Assembly: GCA_013239625.1 (NCBI GenBank)
Contig: MU053594.1
Span: 2,732,127-2,796,126, forward strand
Length of the DNA: 64,000 nucleotides
Origin: Lama guanicoe
Taxonomy: Eukaryota
Direction of reading: 5' to 3'
Position 1 is the first letter of the stretch. Every line of letters begins with the position of its first letter. A model generated the notes under the pieces. The model was not told the DNA's origin. It saw only the letters and a list, made by a program, of their open reading frames with translations, and made no database searches. Positions 12,356 through 25,249 of the stretch are shown in pieces. Both the position numbers and the translations under genes were made by a program.

Positions 12356-12871
12356 TGTGATGGTTAACTTTATGTGTCAACTTGACTGGGCCAGAAGGTG
12401 CCCAGATATTTGGTCAGTCATTATTCTGTGTTGTGTCTGTGGCTGTTTTTATGGACATTAACATTTGAATTCCTAGACTGAGTAAAGCAGATTGCCCTAC
12501 CTACTATGGGTGGGCCTCATCTAATCCATTGAAGGCCTAAGCAGAACAAAAAGGCTCAGTATGGGAGAAGTCACACTCTCTGCCTGTCTTTGAGCTGAGA
12601 CATTGGTGTTTTCCTGCCTCAGTCAGACTAGCCCTTACACCACGGGCTCTCCTGGGCCTTCAGGTTGCTGATTGCAGACCGTAGGACTTCTCAGCCTCCG
12701 TAATCATGGGAGCCAATTCCTTATAATAAACTAATTGCTTGCTTTCTCTGTCTCTGTCTCTCTCTATGTCTCTCTCTGTCTCTCTCCATTTCTATCTATC
12801 TATCTATCCATCCATCCATCTATCTATCCATCTTTATATCTGTATTTCTCTGGAGAACCCAAACTAATACA
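12356..12871 (+). mobile_element. MLT2 (ERVL) solo LTR, MLT2D/B-like, with internal (TC)/(TCTA)n tract
   Basis: tgtgatggttaactttatgtgtcaacttgactgggcca start; tagactgagtaaagcagattgccct; end ttctctggagaacccaaactaataca. Confidence 0.9.
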
Positions 12872-13427
12872 TCATACAACTCTTCCTGTAGGTCCCTATT
12901 TTGCTGAGAGCTCACTTCTTGCTAATGCAGGCCCTCACTTTCACATAAGTGATCTAGTAAAGCAGTGAGATCAAAATTACTTTGTAATTCATCAATCTAC
13001 GGGATCCAGTTTGGTGCTTGGTTCTAGTCTTTCAACTGTAGGTAATTAGACTTAGATAATTCATGATTTTCAGCCTGTACCTGAATTACAAGTTTGAACT
13101 GGACATTCTTCCCCTGAAAGTTGTCCAGCTCAAACATAAGCAATCATCCTGGTCTATAGAATGTGACTTCTTTGGGCTTTCTATAAAGTTGTATGGTAGT
13201 TGCAACTTAGTTGTCTCAAACCTTGTCTTCAGCGAACATTCCATATAAGGTGACCAGAGCTGATAATTTAATTAACTCCTTTGCCACTTTGAGCCATGAT
13301 CTACTCAAGTCCCACCACCTACTACACCTGGCACACTGCCTTTGGCCACAGCCAGGCCAGTAACTGACCCCATATTCCACTATTTCCCACTTGTTGTGTA
13401 CAACCTCCCTTGGTGTCAATTTTTGCA

Positions 13428-13945
13428 TAGATCCAGTTCTTTGGCTGCAAATGAAAGAGAACTCTCACTTGCCTAGCTTTAAAAATCAGGAAATCCCAAC
13501 ATAGTGTGGCTTCAGGGTTGGGCATTTCAGGGCCTTGATCTCTAAGGACCCAAGTTTGTTTCAGCTTTCCACCTGTAGTATATCAGCTTTGCCCCTCAGG
13601 TCAGTTCTCTTGATGGTCACAGGATAGCTGCTGCAATTCTAGACAGCACATGCAGACATTACAAAGTCCAACAGAAGGACAAGGAAAACCTTTCCCAGAG
13701 GTACCTCCGACCCCTGATCTTATTGGCAGGACTGGGTTATATGCCATAATAACCAATCACAGGCAAGAAGGATGGAACACCGAAACCAGCTTTCCCTACT
13801 CAGGAGTTACCCCTGAGCTGGAGATAAGACCCTCTTCTCTGGGCACATGGCTATCCCGAGGAGGGTGGATATCAGGACACTGTCAGGGCTCTGCCTTCAA
13901 AGAAGAAACATGCAGCCTGAGTAAGGCAACCAACAGTGTCTGCTC
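13428..13945 (-). mobile_element. Old MLT1 (MLT1J/K-like) LTR
   Basis: ttctttggctgcaaatgaaagagaactctcact...gatggtcacaggatagctgctgcaattctagacagcaca...cttattggcaggactgggttatatgcca...ggcaaccaacagtgtctgc. Confidence 0.6.
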
Positions 13946-14982
13946 CGATGATAATGACTCTAAACATCAATTAGATGTCAATCTGCTTTTTGATTCCTGC
14001 CACCCTGTCTCCACGCTGATGACAGATGAGACTTTGATTCAGGAAAGTGCTCACTTGTTGGGTAGAGAGACAGTCCAGAGAGGGCAAGGGACTCATCACC
14101 TCCCACAAGGAAAACACCCCAACCTCCAGAGTAAGCAGAGATGGAGAGTTTCTCTGCGAGGAAGGACAGGAGGGTCTCAGTGCTGCCCTGGGGAATACTC
14201 TGCAGCTAATCTAGAGTCCCAGTGGTCCCGACCCAAGAGTATAAGGAGTAGTGGAGACTCTTACTCCTGCTTACAAGAATATGCCTAATCATGTAGCTCG
14301 TCTGAAGGAAACACAGTACCTCCACATTAAACCACAAAAGACTAACATCCCTAGCAGAGAACTCCTCTTAACTGGAAGAAAAGATGGGGAAGGGCTGGAA
14401 AGAGTGAGTACGCATTCCTCTTGGCAAACATCCTCCACATTTCTCCTTGATCATTTGAGATTTTTACGCCTAGATTAAAAAAACCTGATCTCACCTGGAT
14501 ACACCTGGAGGCAAAGAAGAAGATTATGAAGTTGAGGTTGAAATCTAACAAATGAGGTAACCGGCCCCAAGGACAGACTGCAGGGGTCCCAGATGGTTGT
14601 AGACCATACGGACAACTCACATCCTCAAGAGGAAGCAGCCTGGAATCTGCTGTTCTGTGTGGCTGTCAGGGTGCTGGGATGGTCTGGCCATGCAGTCTTC
14701 CCTGGGCCCCCATGCCTGCTGCCTTCACTGTGTCCAGCCATGCAGGACTGAGTCTGCTCTGCTCTGGGCCAAGCCAGGTGCTTATGCTGGGTGATGCTGG
14801 GAATGGTGGGTCAGACTTGGGAGCCTCAGCAGGGAGAGTGGCATTTGCTATTCTGCCTCACATCCTTGTGAACTCACCTCCACCCTAGCCCTAACTTCAC
14901 ACTTGCATCCGGAGACTTTCAACATCCCTGTCTCTCTGGACTGTTCTTAGCTTAGCTGTTTTGCATTACTTTCTTTTAAAAA

Positions 14983-15142
14983 AAATATTGAAGTGTAGTT
15001 GATTTACAATGTTAGTTTCAGGTGTACAGCAAAGTGATTCAGTTATACATATACATACAGATATATTTTTTCTTTTCAGATTCTTTTCCATTATATGTCA
15101 TCACAAGAAGCTGAGTGTAGTTTCCTGTGCTATTTTCGGTCC
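14983..15142 (-). mobile_element. L1 3' end (artiodactyl-type), 5'-truncated, inserted in a MIR
   Basis: ttgaagtgtagttgatttacaatgttagtttcaggtgtacagcaaagtgattcagttatacatatac is the L1 3' UTR terminus. Confidence 0.85.
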
Positions 15143-15290
15143 TCACAACAGTTCTGAGAGGTAGCTGGAGGATGCACCATTGATTCCTGTGGTACAGGTG
15201 GGAAGACACTGCTCAGGGAGGTTCATTCTGCCCCCCAAGGTCACAGCCAAAAGTAGAGAACACACCAAGTCACCTTCTCCTTCTAGCACT
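15143..15290 (-). mobile_element. MIR SINE
   Basis: cacaacagttctgagaggtag...acaggtgggaagacactgctcagggaggtt...cccaaggtcacagc. Confidence 0.55.
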
Positions 15291-16329
15291 CCAGAACTCT
15301 GCCAGACTGTGGATACTGGGCAAGAGTGACGATCTCTGAGTGTTGTTACCACAATTGTAGAGCATGAGCTTTTTTGGTGCTACAGAAGGTCTTGGAGATT
15401 ACCTGTCCTATTTTTCATAGTAAAGAGATGGCAGCTTTGAGGAAGAGTTTAGCAGATTGGCAGTCTTTGGACCACTGGATGCCTCTCCAGTTCCTCCCTC
15501 TCTCCTCATGTTACCTCCACTTGGGAGCCCTTTGTTTCTGAACTCATTACATTTATGAGCAGCAACTCCTGATTTTGAAGCCCTTCAACGTAAAGCCATG
15601 GGGTGGAAATAATTAAATTGAATTGAAATCACAGCATTTAAAATGCTGATATACACCAGGGCTTTTTTTTCCCCCTTTTTTCTTTTTTTTTTTTTCCCAC
15701 TGTGTTTATGAACAGAATTAATCATGAACGCTTTCACCTTAGCGACCCACTGAGCCGGAGTTGGAATGAAACATTCTGTGCAGCAAGGAATCCACTCAAA
15801 TATTCAAATTGAGACTAACAGACTAAAAATATTTCATCTACATGCATAGACTATTTGTTCCACGAAGATCGCGGATTCCATCGTTCTGTGGGTTCTTGGG
15901 GGGCACTCAGCTACCCAGACAGGAGAAACTGCATCTGAAACAGAGTTTATGAAAATGAGCCAGTTCTTCACTTTGGGGGAGGGTTTAAGTGTTTGTGAGA
16001 AGTCAGTATTCACTGGCCAGATTGAGCTTTTTGACTTTGTTTTCTATTTTAAAATGTCTGACCCTCTTCCTTCTGTTGACATAAGCATGGGCTGTTGCCT
16101 TGGAGAATAAGCACGTTGCTTTTGCATCTCTGACCTGGCAGGAAGGATCCTGGACAGAGCAGCTTATTTTGCTGGCCAGGTTTCATCCAGAGGAAACCTG
16201 CTCCTGAGATACCTTCCCTGGTGCTGCCTCTTCGACTGACAATCACAGGATGTCCAAAAAGCTCCAGAATCTACTTATAGACAGCAAACGGCCACAGAAG
16301 GGTGGAGGCAGAGGGAATGGAAATAGAGC

Positions 16330-16500
16330 TTTTTATACATGATGACACTGAATTCTTCCAACAGTCCTGGTGAGTAGATAATATTGTCTCCATTTTACAA
16401 ATGAAGAAAGTGTGACTTAGAGAAGTTAAGTGGTTTGCAAAAGTTCAAAAAGTTAAATAAAGGGGGCTGAACTAGGTTCAAATTCCAAGGCTCTCTCCAC
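16330..16500 (-). mobile_element. MIR SINE
   Basis: ctccattttacaaatgaagaaagtgtgacttagagaagttaagtggtttgc core. Confidence 0.75.
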
Positions 16501-16899
16501 CAAGCAGGATTAACTAACAGCCTCATTTGCTGTTTGGAAGTGTGATGATTTATCCTTTTCTGAATGGTGACTGTTGCATTCTGAGGGTCAACTGAGGGTG
16601 CAAGAGAAGTCAAGAGACCCCGTGGGCACACAATTGGACTCTGTCCCAGAGCCTAAGATCTCAGCTGAACGTGGTGGCCACTACACCACAGGTAGGTGCA
16701 CTGGCAGACTCGGTGCGGGGGGGAGCCCTGGATTCCATCCTTAGTCCTGCAGATCTGCTCCCTGGTTCAACTCCAAGCACCTACCCTCTGTGCTAATGAC
16801 CAGATTATTTCTGTCCTGAAAAAACTTTCTACACACTCCCTCCTCTGTGTCCACGTGCTCCTCACCTCCTGTGGCGAACGCCCCACCCCCAGCTTTCTG

Positions 16900-17590
16900 T
16901 GTGTGTGTCATCTTCTCCTTTTCAAGTCTCCGCTCCAGGGCACCCTCTTGGGAAGCATTTTCCTTATTATCTCAGCCCTCTCTTCTTGGAACAGTGCTGG
17001 AGGCCTTCCTGTACCACCTTAATCCTCATACTCACATTGGTAGCGTCTAAGCAAGATTAAGAAATGGGTTCAGAGACTGACGTATCTCTTCTTATCATGT
17101 TACAATTGTAACACCTAACCCCTCTCCCGCTTCATCCCCTGCTAGGTTGTAAACACTCTGGCCTTCTCTCAGTGCCTTGAATACAACAAGCTCACTCCTG
17201 TCTTAGAAACTTTGTACTTCTGTTCCCTCAGCCTAGATCCTCCCACTACAACCTGCCTCCTTCTTCCCATGCCAGACTCTTTCCTGCACTGACATCTCCG
17301 CTCAAATCCCCGCTCCAGGTAGACGTTCCTGACCACACTAAGCACTTCCCTTTCCCAAATGCCCACTCTCACTCTGTAACCCCGTTGCCTGTTCTGTTTG
17401 TTTCATGGTGCCCGTGACAACTTGACATTCCCTGGCTTGTTGAATTGGTTGTTTGCTTATCATTTGAAAGCCCCCATTGTATGTGAGTTCCAGGGTCACA
17501 AGGACCTTATTTGCTCGTTCCTCACTGGCCCCTCAGTGCCCAGGACAGTGGCTGGCTCCAGCATTATTTGCTCAATGGACATGAAAGAAG
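16900..17590 (+). mobile_element. L2 LINE 3' region (fragmented)
   Basis: pyrimidine-rich L2 3' UTR, tgtgagttccagggtcacaaggacctt...cagtgcccaggacagtggctggc...atttgctcaatg. Confidence 0.55.
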
Positions 17591-17664
17591 GAAGGAGCGA
17601 GGGAGGAAGGAAAGGAGAAGTGGAAGCCTGTGGCATTGCCGGTGTCATATGGTGCTTCATGATC

Positions 17665-17910
17665 TTAGCTTTGTATGTTTTATATGTTTTATTTTGTTTA
17701 ATTCTCTTAACAGCACTGAGAACTGGGTGCAATAATCCCCATGTACAGACAGAAAGTGCTAACCCTTGCAGAGTACTCTTCAAACATTTTGTTCTGAAGT
17801 GGAACTGGATGACAAGTGAAAGGGGAGAAAAAAGAGACACAGAATCACATAAGTTGCAGAGGCAAGATCTGAACTCACATAGTCTGACTCCAGAGCCTGT
17901 GCAATTTACC
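17665..17910 (-). mobile_element. MIR SINE (split)
   Basis: ccccatgtacagacagaaag ... aagttgcagaggcaagatctgaactcacatagtctgactccagagcctgtgc. Confidence 0.6.
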
Positions 17911-19164
17911 AGCACACAAAGACCACAGACTCAGAGAAGCCGGGTCCTTCCATCACAAGGGACTCAGACTTTGCATCTGTAAATACTGGACTCGGGACTC
18001 TTGCTGCCCTGGCTTTCCCTCTGCATCATACCAAGTACTGGTGGTAGGAAGTGGTGGGCAGAGGTGGGAGGGGGGTTTGTAAAGAAGGGAAGGGCCAAGG
18101 TGAACCCCCCTCACTTCCTCATGCACTGGGTACCTTCCCATTGCCCCTCTAAATCCACTCTCCATCCTTCTCCGTGCCCCGGAAGGCTGACCAGCAAGGA
18201 CTTCACCAAGGAGGCCCGTTGCCCTCTTGCTTCCTGTTGAGTTTAGCCGTCGAAGAACGCAGGTGAGAGAGTGCAAACTGGGAGGGGTGGGAAGGGAAGA
18301 AATTTAATCCCCTAGTCCCCTCCTGGGGATGGCAAAGGTCACATCTCCTGTAGGGCAGCCCTCTCCTCAAGGTCCTGGCCTGTCAGCCTCGGGGGGGATG
18401 ACAGCATCCATCTGTGACTAGCCCTGGGCTACCGCACTAGCCACTCTGTCTGGTGTCTTCCCCACTCCCTGTTCCACATTTGACAATTTTCCTTGTATTC
18501 AGGGCTCCTCGGATGACACGTGTATGCACCATCTGTTTGTGTCCCATTAGAGCTTTAACTGCGCGGTGCACCCAGAGTTTTCCTAGTGAGGCCAGTGAGA
18601 GACTAGCCGGCGTGTCTTTTGTTCTCTGGACCCAGAGTGATGAATAGCCTCTGTGTATCCCTCAAGGGACAGACATTCTGTGCACAGACAGGTTCTTCCA
18701 TTTGTATTTATCTGTTTGTAAGGTGGAATATAGCCCTTGCGAGTTCCCCTTCTGACCCAGCTTATTTCTCCACTAGGAGCTGGCCTGTCATAAACCCCCA
18801 TTTTTGAGACTCAATTAATTGGCCCTTTGCCTGCTGTGAACTTCATTTTCAACAATTTTTATTCAGTGTCTTTATTTGGGGTACAAACTTATTTTAATTA
18901 AAATTGAGGAAACCAGGAAAGGAAACAGCCCTAATACAAAAACTGTGCTCATTTCTGTGTGTCACTTTCCTGTCCTGGTAAACACAGGCATTCTTATTTT
19001 TACATAATATACATGTAATTTTGCATTTTACATTGTTCCCTAGCGTTATTATCTCTGGTCTCCGTAATTATCATTTGTCATGATGACATGGTATTCCATG
19101 GGACAGACACACCATAATTTGCACAACCATTTCTATTTCCCGAATGACATGCTCGAAAGCATCC

Positions 19165-19335
19165 CGGTTGGGAGTCAGACAACCAGACCCAAATCCTGGC
19201 TCCCTCGGTCACTAGCTGTTAAGACTTTCTTGCAGTCACTCAGCCTTCCTGGAGCTCAAGTGGGAATTGTAACACACGCCCTTTCCACATCACAGAGAGG
19301 TGTGAAGGCTGGCTGCGGTGACAGCTCTGGAAACG
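19165..19335 (+). mobile_element. MIR SINE
   Basis: gggagtcagacaaccagacccaaatcctggctccctcggtcactagctg...tcacagagaggtgtgaagg. Confidence 0.55.
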
Positions 19336-19796
19336 TTTCTGATCACTGTAATCCCATGCCCCTGGGTAGCTAGGTTACATCACCCTGTTCAGCTTTCTTC
19401 ACAGTGCTCATCTCCATCTGAAATTACACGGGTGCATCACTGCTTCCTGCTCCTCTCCCTCAATTAGTCGGCAATTGTTGCAGCAGCTAAACTTGGCCTT
19501 TCTTCTTCACGCCTGAATCTCTGAGCCTGAGTCTCCAGAACCTGGTACACAGTAGTTCTGAAAAATACTTGTTCGTGAATTGAGGGACTTAAGTATGTTT
19601 TGATTAAAGAGTCGGGCGTAAGTACCCGGGGTACTGAGAGTCCATTTGTTTCATTTACTGTCATTTAATTCCTACCACCCTGGAAAAATACAGTGAATAA
19701 GCATGTAGTGGATTTGTGAAAAAGGTCTGTGGGCGTTTCCAAAAGCTTTTATTCCTACTAAGCAAGCCAGTGCTATTCTAAGTACCAACAGTGCTT

Positions 19797-22700
19797 CTTT
19801 TTTTTTTTAATTGAAGTATAATTGACATACAATAGCATATTAGTTTCAGGTGTATATCATAGTGATTCAATATTTATACATATTTTTAAATGGTTACCAC
19901 AATAAATATGGTTACCACAATAGATTTGGTTACCATCTGCCACCATTCAGTTATTAAAATGTCATTGATTATATTCCCTATGCTGTAAATTACATTCATG
20001 ACCTATTTATCTTATAGTTCAAAGTTTGTAACTCCTAATTCCTTTCACCTACTTCACCCAACCACCCAACACGCTCCCCTTCAGCAACCACTAGTTCGTT
20101 TTCTGTATCTGTAAGTCGGCTTCTGTTCTGCTTGTTCATTGTTTTGGTTTTCAGATTCCATATATAAGTGAAATAATTAGGTAATTGTCTTTCTCTGACT
20201 TGCTTCACTTAGTATAATTCCCTTTGGGTCCATCCATGTTGTTGAAAGTCAAAAAATTTCACTTTTTAGGGCTGAATAATATTCACATAGATATGAATAC
20301 TGAATTCACTTATTAGTTCTAATCATTTTTGGTGACCTTTAGGGATTTCTATATATAGTATCACATGTGCAAATAATGACAGTTTTACTTCTTTTTCAAT
20401 TTGAATGCCTTTTTTTTTGCTTGCCAGATTTCAGTAGCTAGGACTTCCAGTATTATGTTGAATAAAAGTGACGAGAGTGGGCATCCTTGTCCACTTCCTG
20501 ATGTTACAAGAAAAGCTTTCAGCTTCTCACTGTTGAGTACGATGTTAACTGCGAGCATGTCATATCTGGATTTTAATGTTTCTGCTGAAAACTCCACTGA
20601 CAGTCTTCTGGGGGGTTGCTTACATGTAACTGGTTATTTCTTTCCTGCTGCGCTCAAACTTTGAGGGTTTTTATTATAAATGCATGTTGAATTGTGTCAA
20701 ATGACTTTTTCTGCATCTATTGAGATGATCATATGATTACTATCCTTTCATTAATGTGGAGTGTTGTGTTGATTGATTTTGCAGGCATTAAACCATTCTT
20801 GCCTTCCTGGAATAAATTCACCTTATCATGGTGTATATCCTCTTAATGTATAGTTGAATTAAGTTTGCTAATATTTTATTGAAGATATCTGTGTTCATTA
20901 GAGATACTGGCCTGTGGTTTTCTCTTTTTTGTGTGTATTTGTCTGGTTTTGGAATCGGGATAATGCTGGCCTGGTAAAATGAGTTTGGAAGCATTTCTTT
21001 CTCTTTAATTTTTTTAGAATTATTTCAGAAGGGTAGTTGTTGACTCTTCCTTACATGTTTGGTAGAATTCCAACTGTGATGCTATTTGGTCCTTTACTTA
21101 TTTTGTTGGGAGTTTTTTAAATTAATGACTCAATTTCACTACTAGTAATCCATCTATTGAGATTTTCTATTTCTTCATGATTCACTCTTGGAAGATTGTG
21201 TGTTTCTAGGAATTTATCCACTTCTTATAGTTTGTCCAGTTTGCTGGCATATAATTGTTTATAGTGACTTATGATTGCATTTCTTTGGCATTGATTGTAA
21301 CTTCTCCTTTTTCATTTATCATTTTATTTATTTGGGCCCTCTTTTTTTCTTGCTGAGTCTGGCTAAAGGTCTATCAATTATGCTTATCTTTTCAAAGAAC
21401 CAGCTCTTAGTTTCATTCATCTTCAGTTCTGATTGATAACCTTGCCAGACAGAGAATTCTTGGTTGTAAGGTTTTTTGTTTTTTTTTTTAAACTTTCAGC
21501 ACTTTGAATATATCACACCACCCTCCTGGCCTACAAAGTTTCTGCTGAAAAACCTGCCGATAGTCTTTTGAGGGTTCCCTTATATGTAACCAGTTGTTTT
21601 TCTCTTGCTGCTTTTAAAATTCTCTTTTTATTTTAAATTTTTGACATTCTAATGTAATGTGTCTTGATGTGGGTCTTTTTGGATTCATCTTCTTTGAAAT
21701 TCTCTGTAGTTTCTGGACCTGATTGTATGTTGTCTTCCCCACGTTAGGAAAGTTTTCAAGCATTATTTCTTCATATAATTTTTTGTCCCTTTCTCTATTT
21801 TGGGGACCTCTATAATTCAAATGTTAGTATACTTGTGTTGTCCAAGAAGTCCCTTAAACTATTGTGATTTAATTTATTTCCTTTTGTTATTCTGATTGTG
21901 TGATTTCCACTACCTTGTCTTCCAGACCTCTGATCTGTTGTTCTGTATCTTCTAATCTACTATTGATTCCCTCTAGTGTATTTTTCATTTCAATTATTGT
22001 ATTATTCAACCCTGATTGGTTCTTTCTTATATTTTCCAACTCTGTTGAAGTTCTCATTGTGCTCATTCATTCTTCTCTCTAGTTTTATAAGCTTCTTTAT
22101 GACCATACTTTTAATTCTTTATCAGGTAGATATCTTACCTCTGTGTTGTTAAGGTCTTTGTCTGAGATTTTGTCTTGTTCTTTCATTTGGAAGATATTTA
22201 TCTGTTTCCTCATCTGCTTGGTTCTTTGTGTTTGTTTCTATGTATTAGGAAAATACATCCCAGTCTTGAAGGAATGGCCTCGTGCAGGTGATGATTTTTA
22301 CTCTTCATCCCTGCCTTAGATCTTGGCTGTCTCTCAGATCTAACTTATTGTTGATACGGCCGTGTTGTTGAGGCTGTGTTGAGACCTGTCAGTATTCCAA
22401 GGGGAAGAATCTCATTTAGCACCTAGTTTCAGTCTGATTGGAAACTAGACCCTCAGGAAACAGCTTTTAAAGAATGCAAGTATATATGGCTTTTTAGGTC
22501 TGCAATCATAGTCCATGCTGGGCTCCTGACCAGGAGATCTGGAGGTGTCCCTTGGGTGACAGTTGCATAAATTGAGGCCCTTGATGAGTGTAACAGCTCC
22601 TTTCTGACAAGTCCTGTCAAGCTGTAGTGAGGGCAAGGGGGTGTGCAAGGATGGTGCCTCCCTGCTTTCATTCCCTGGAAGCTCCTCCTTAGCTTCTAGA

Positions 22701-22990
22701 TATGTGGGAAACCTAAAGCCTGTCCCTCAGGGTAAAGTTCCAGGCTAAGTAAATATTAGGATTTTTCACAGGAGTACTGAGGCTGTATTTCAGTTGGCTG
22801 TCTGTGCAGTACCGTGGGGGTGGTGGCCTGCCAAGGACTGCCTTTCTGATTGTTATAGTCCCATGAAACTCAGGGATGTCAGCCTCTTGGCCACCAGGGC
22901 CGGGTGATCCAGGGGTGCTCCTGTGTGGATCACATATGACCACTGGCTTTACCTAGACAGCTGGAGAGTGTAGGGGGCAGGGCCTGCTCT
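19797..22990 (-). mobile_element. L1 element, internally deleted and rearranged (5' UTR, partial ORF1, partial ORF2 RT, 3' UTR, poly-A)
   Basis: poly-T at 19797 then L1 3' UTR; ORF track 20385-20597 gives RT motif EKLKAF...GQGCPLSSLLFNIILEVLA; ORF track 21614-21820 gives ORF1 motif EEIMLENFPN...NPKRPTSRHI; GC-richer 5' UTR-like sequence 22250-22990. Confidence 0.9.
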
Positions 22991-23589
22991 CTATTGTATT
23001 TTCAGATTTCATGAAGGATAATTCATAAAAAACCTATTTGATTGGAAAGGTATGATTGAAGATATGCCCCCACACATAACATGTTGTTCCTTACATGAAG
23101 AACACAGAGATGAGTCTCCTTTTGACCTAACTTCCAGGATAAACTTTGCTTCCCCTAAAGAACTTGAGACCTCATTATCTTTCCCCTAGAACTTGACTCT
23201 CTTCTCACTGAAGGTGGCAACGTCCACCACTCACCTGCCATACATTCTATCTAGACTGTCCCATTTCTGCAGCATCACATCCTGCCAGTTCTCCTGGTAT
23301 AACACACTCATGCGGATTCTCCTAGGACTACCATCTTGGTTCCAACAAAGCAAATAATACCTTAGAGAGATCATCTTTTTCAAGTCTTCACTAAAATCTT
23401 CTCTCAATCACTTCAAAAGTGCCTTCTCACAGATACTACCCTGGGCATCCTACTTAATACCTCCACCTGTCCCCAACCCCAACCCTCCTGATACACCTTA
23501 ACCTACTCTCCTTTTTCTCTCCTTTCTTCCATGTAACTTCCATCTTCCAACACATTATACCATTAGTTTATTATTACTATTATTGCTAT

Positions 23590-24020
23590 TATTTCTTTTT
23601 AAGTCTCATTTAAAAGCCATTCAGCATGTTTAACTTATGATGAATGATTTCAATCACACAGAAAATGCAGAGCATACTATAATAACCATATGTGTAACCA
23701 CAACCCAGTTTGATTAAACCTTAACTTTAGGGAAGCCAATGATGCTTCCTGTGTTGTCTTTACTGGGTCCAATCCTCTCCTTCCCTTTCTTCTAGAAGCA
23801 ACCACATTCTGAATATGATGGTTCTCCTCCCTCTGCATAATTTTAGTTTACTGGCTATGATGTAGCCATAAATCATACTGGGCCACATGTCTCTAACCTT
23901 ACAAAATGGATATTGCACTGTACATGTTATTTTGAAGCTTACTTTTTTATGCAACTGCATGTTCCTGAGATCCATTCAGGTCAATCCATGCAGCTCTCAC
24001 TCATCATATTTTCTGTTTCC
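23590..24020 (-). mobile_element. Old L1 (L1ME-like) 3' fragment flanked by L2 pieces
   Basis: cacacagaaaatgcagagcatactataataaccatatgtgtaaccacaacccag...gttcctgagatccattcagg; L2 end (cctagaatagtgcctggcacagag) at 24030-24160. Confidence 0.45.
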
Positions 24021-25249
24021 TTCTCTCTCAATGGTGTCATTACTGTTTAATGAGCTCAGGAATCCTTTCCTAAGTTTTTTCCTTGCTGTATCCCATGTAC
24101 CTAGAATAGTGCCTGGCACAGAGAACACACTGAAACTGTATTTGTGGAACAAAGAATAGATGCTACAAATGGCACATTAGGAAAACTGTTGAGAAACGTG
24201 AGCTGGCTAAAGATGTAGAATATGGTACAAGATGTTGACATGAGGTAACACTCCTCCAGCTACAAACAAATGGAAACATTAAAAATACCAATGCCAATAA
24301 ATAAATAAAAGAGCAATGCTTTAAAAAGAAAAAGGAAAGAAAGGGAATTCTATGTGTCATAAATAAAGAAGCTCAGAGATGAAGAATTAAGAAGCTCTGA
24401 CACTGCTATAGCCTGGGGTATCACATGAGTTCACTGGCTCTAGACCCTGAGGTTCAGGGCTTAAATGCCAACGAAGGAACAGAAACCGTGAGATGGACTC
24501 ACCCAAGAGAGGAAGACACATGAAAAGAAACCCCAAAAAACAAGAGTCTCAAAGGGCTGCCTGACTATGAAAAGGAAGTAAGTAAAACTACCCACCCACC
24601 CTAGGGAAGCAAAAAGGAAACCTTCTGCCCATCCCAAACAGTATATGGGCAGAAAAGAATCATCCCTGAGAGTAAGAAACTCAACTCTGTGCTGCACTGA
24701 AACGACGCAGCACAAACTTACCATTATCTCCATTGTGCAAGAACCCTCAGCAAAGAGGTTAACCTAAAATCTGGTCCTAGGCTGATGAACTCCACAAAAC
24801 ACTGGGAGAGGCTAGCACCCACCGATTCTGCAGGAAGCATCCACAACCTGGCATCCGTGAGACTTGCAAAGAGGAAAACACTCCTGCTGAAGATGCTCAG
24901 AATCCAAAATTACAAACCAGAGGCTAAAACAAGCCTTTAAAAGGAAAGCTCACACTAGCATGCTGAAACAGACGAGTCTGGAAAAGAACCAAAGAGAACT
25001 TTTCAAAATGAAAGAGTGCAGGGTCATTGAAGTGGAAGGAAGTGGCAACAGGTGTCGTCTGAAACCAGATAATAACAGATTTTATCTAACACCCAAGGAA
25101 GTCTGCACTTTACCTGTACTTGCTGAGAAGCCTGCAGATCCATTGAAATAAGGCAGTGATATTGTTCCATTTATGGTTTAGAAAGAAAACACTGGCAACC
25201 TTGTAGCCAGAAAATGAAAATTAGGAAGACAAGGTAAAAAGCCAGAAGG

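Noticed and set aside
13650..14288. Longest ORF in the window (212 aa)
   Set aside because: First half lies within an antisense MLT1 LTR; no recognisable domain or exon structure; a chance ORF is the simpler explanation
17398..17982. 194-aa ORF with hydrophobic stretch
   Set aside because: Built from L2 and MIR fragments; hydrophobic run derives from a T-rich MIR tail
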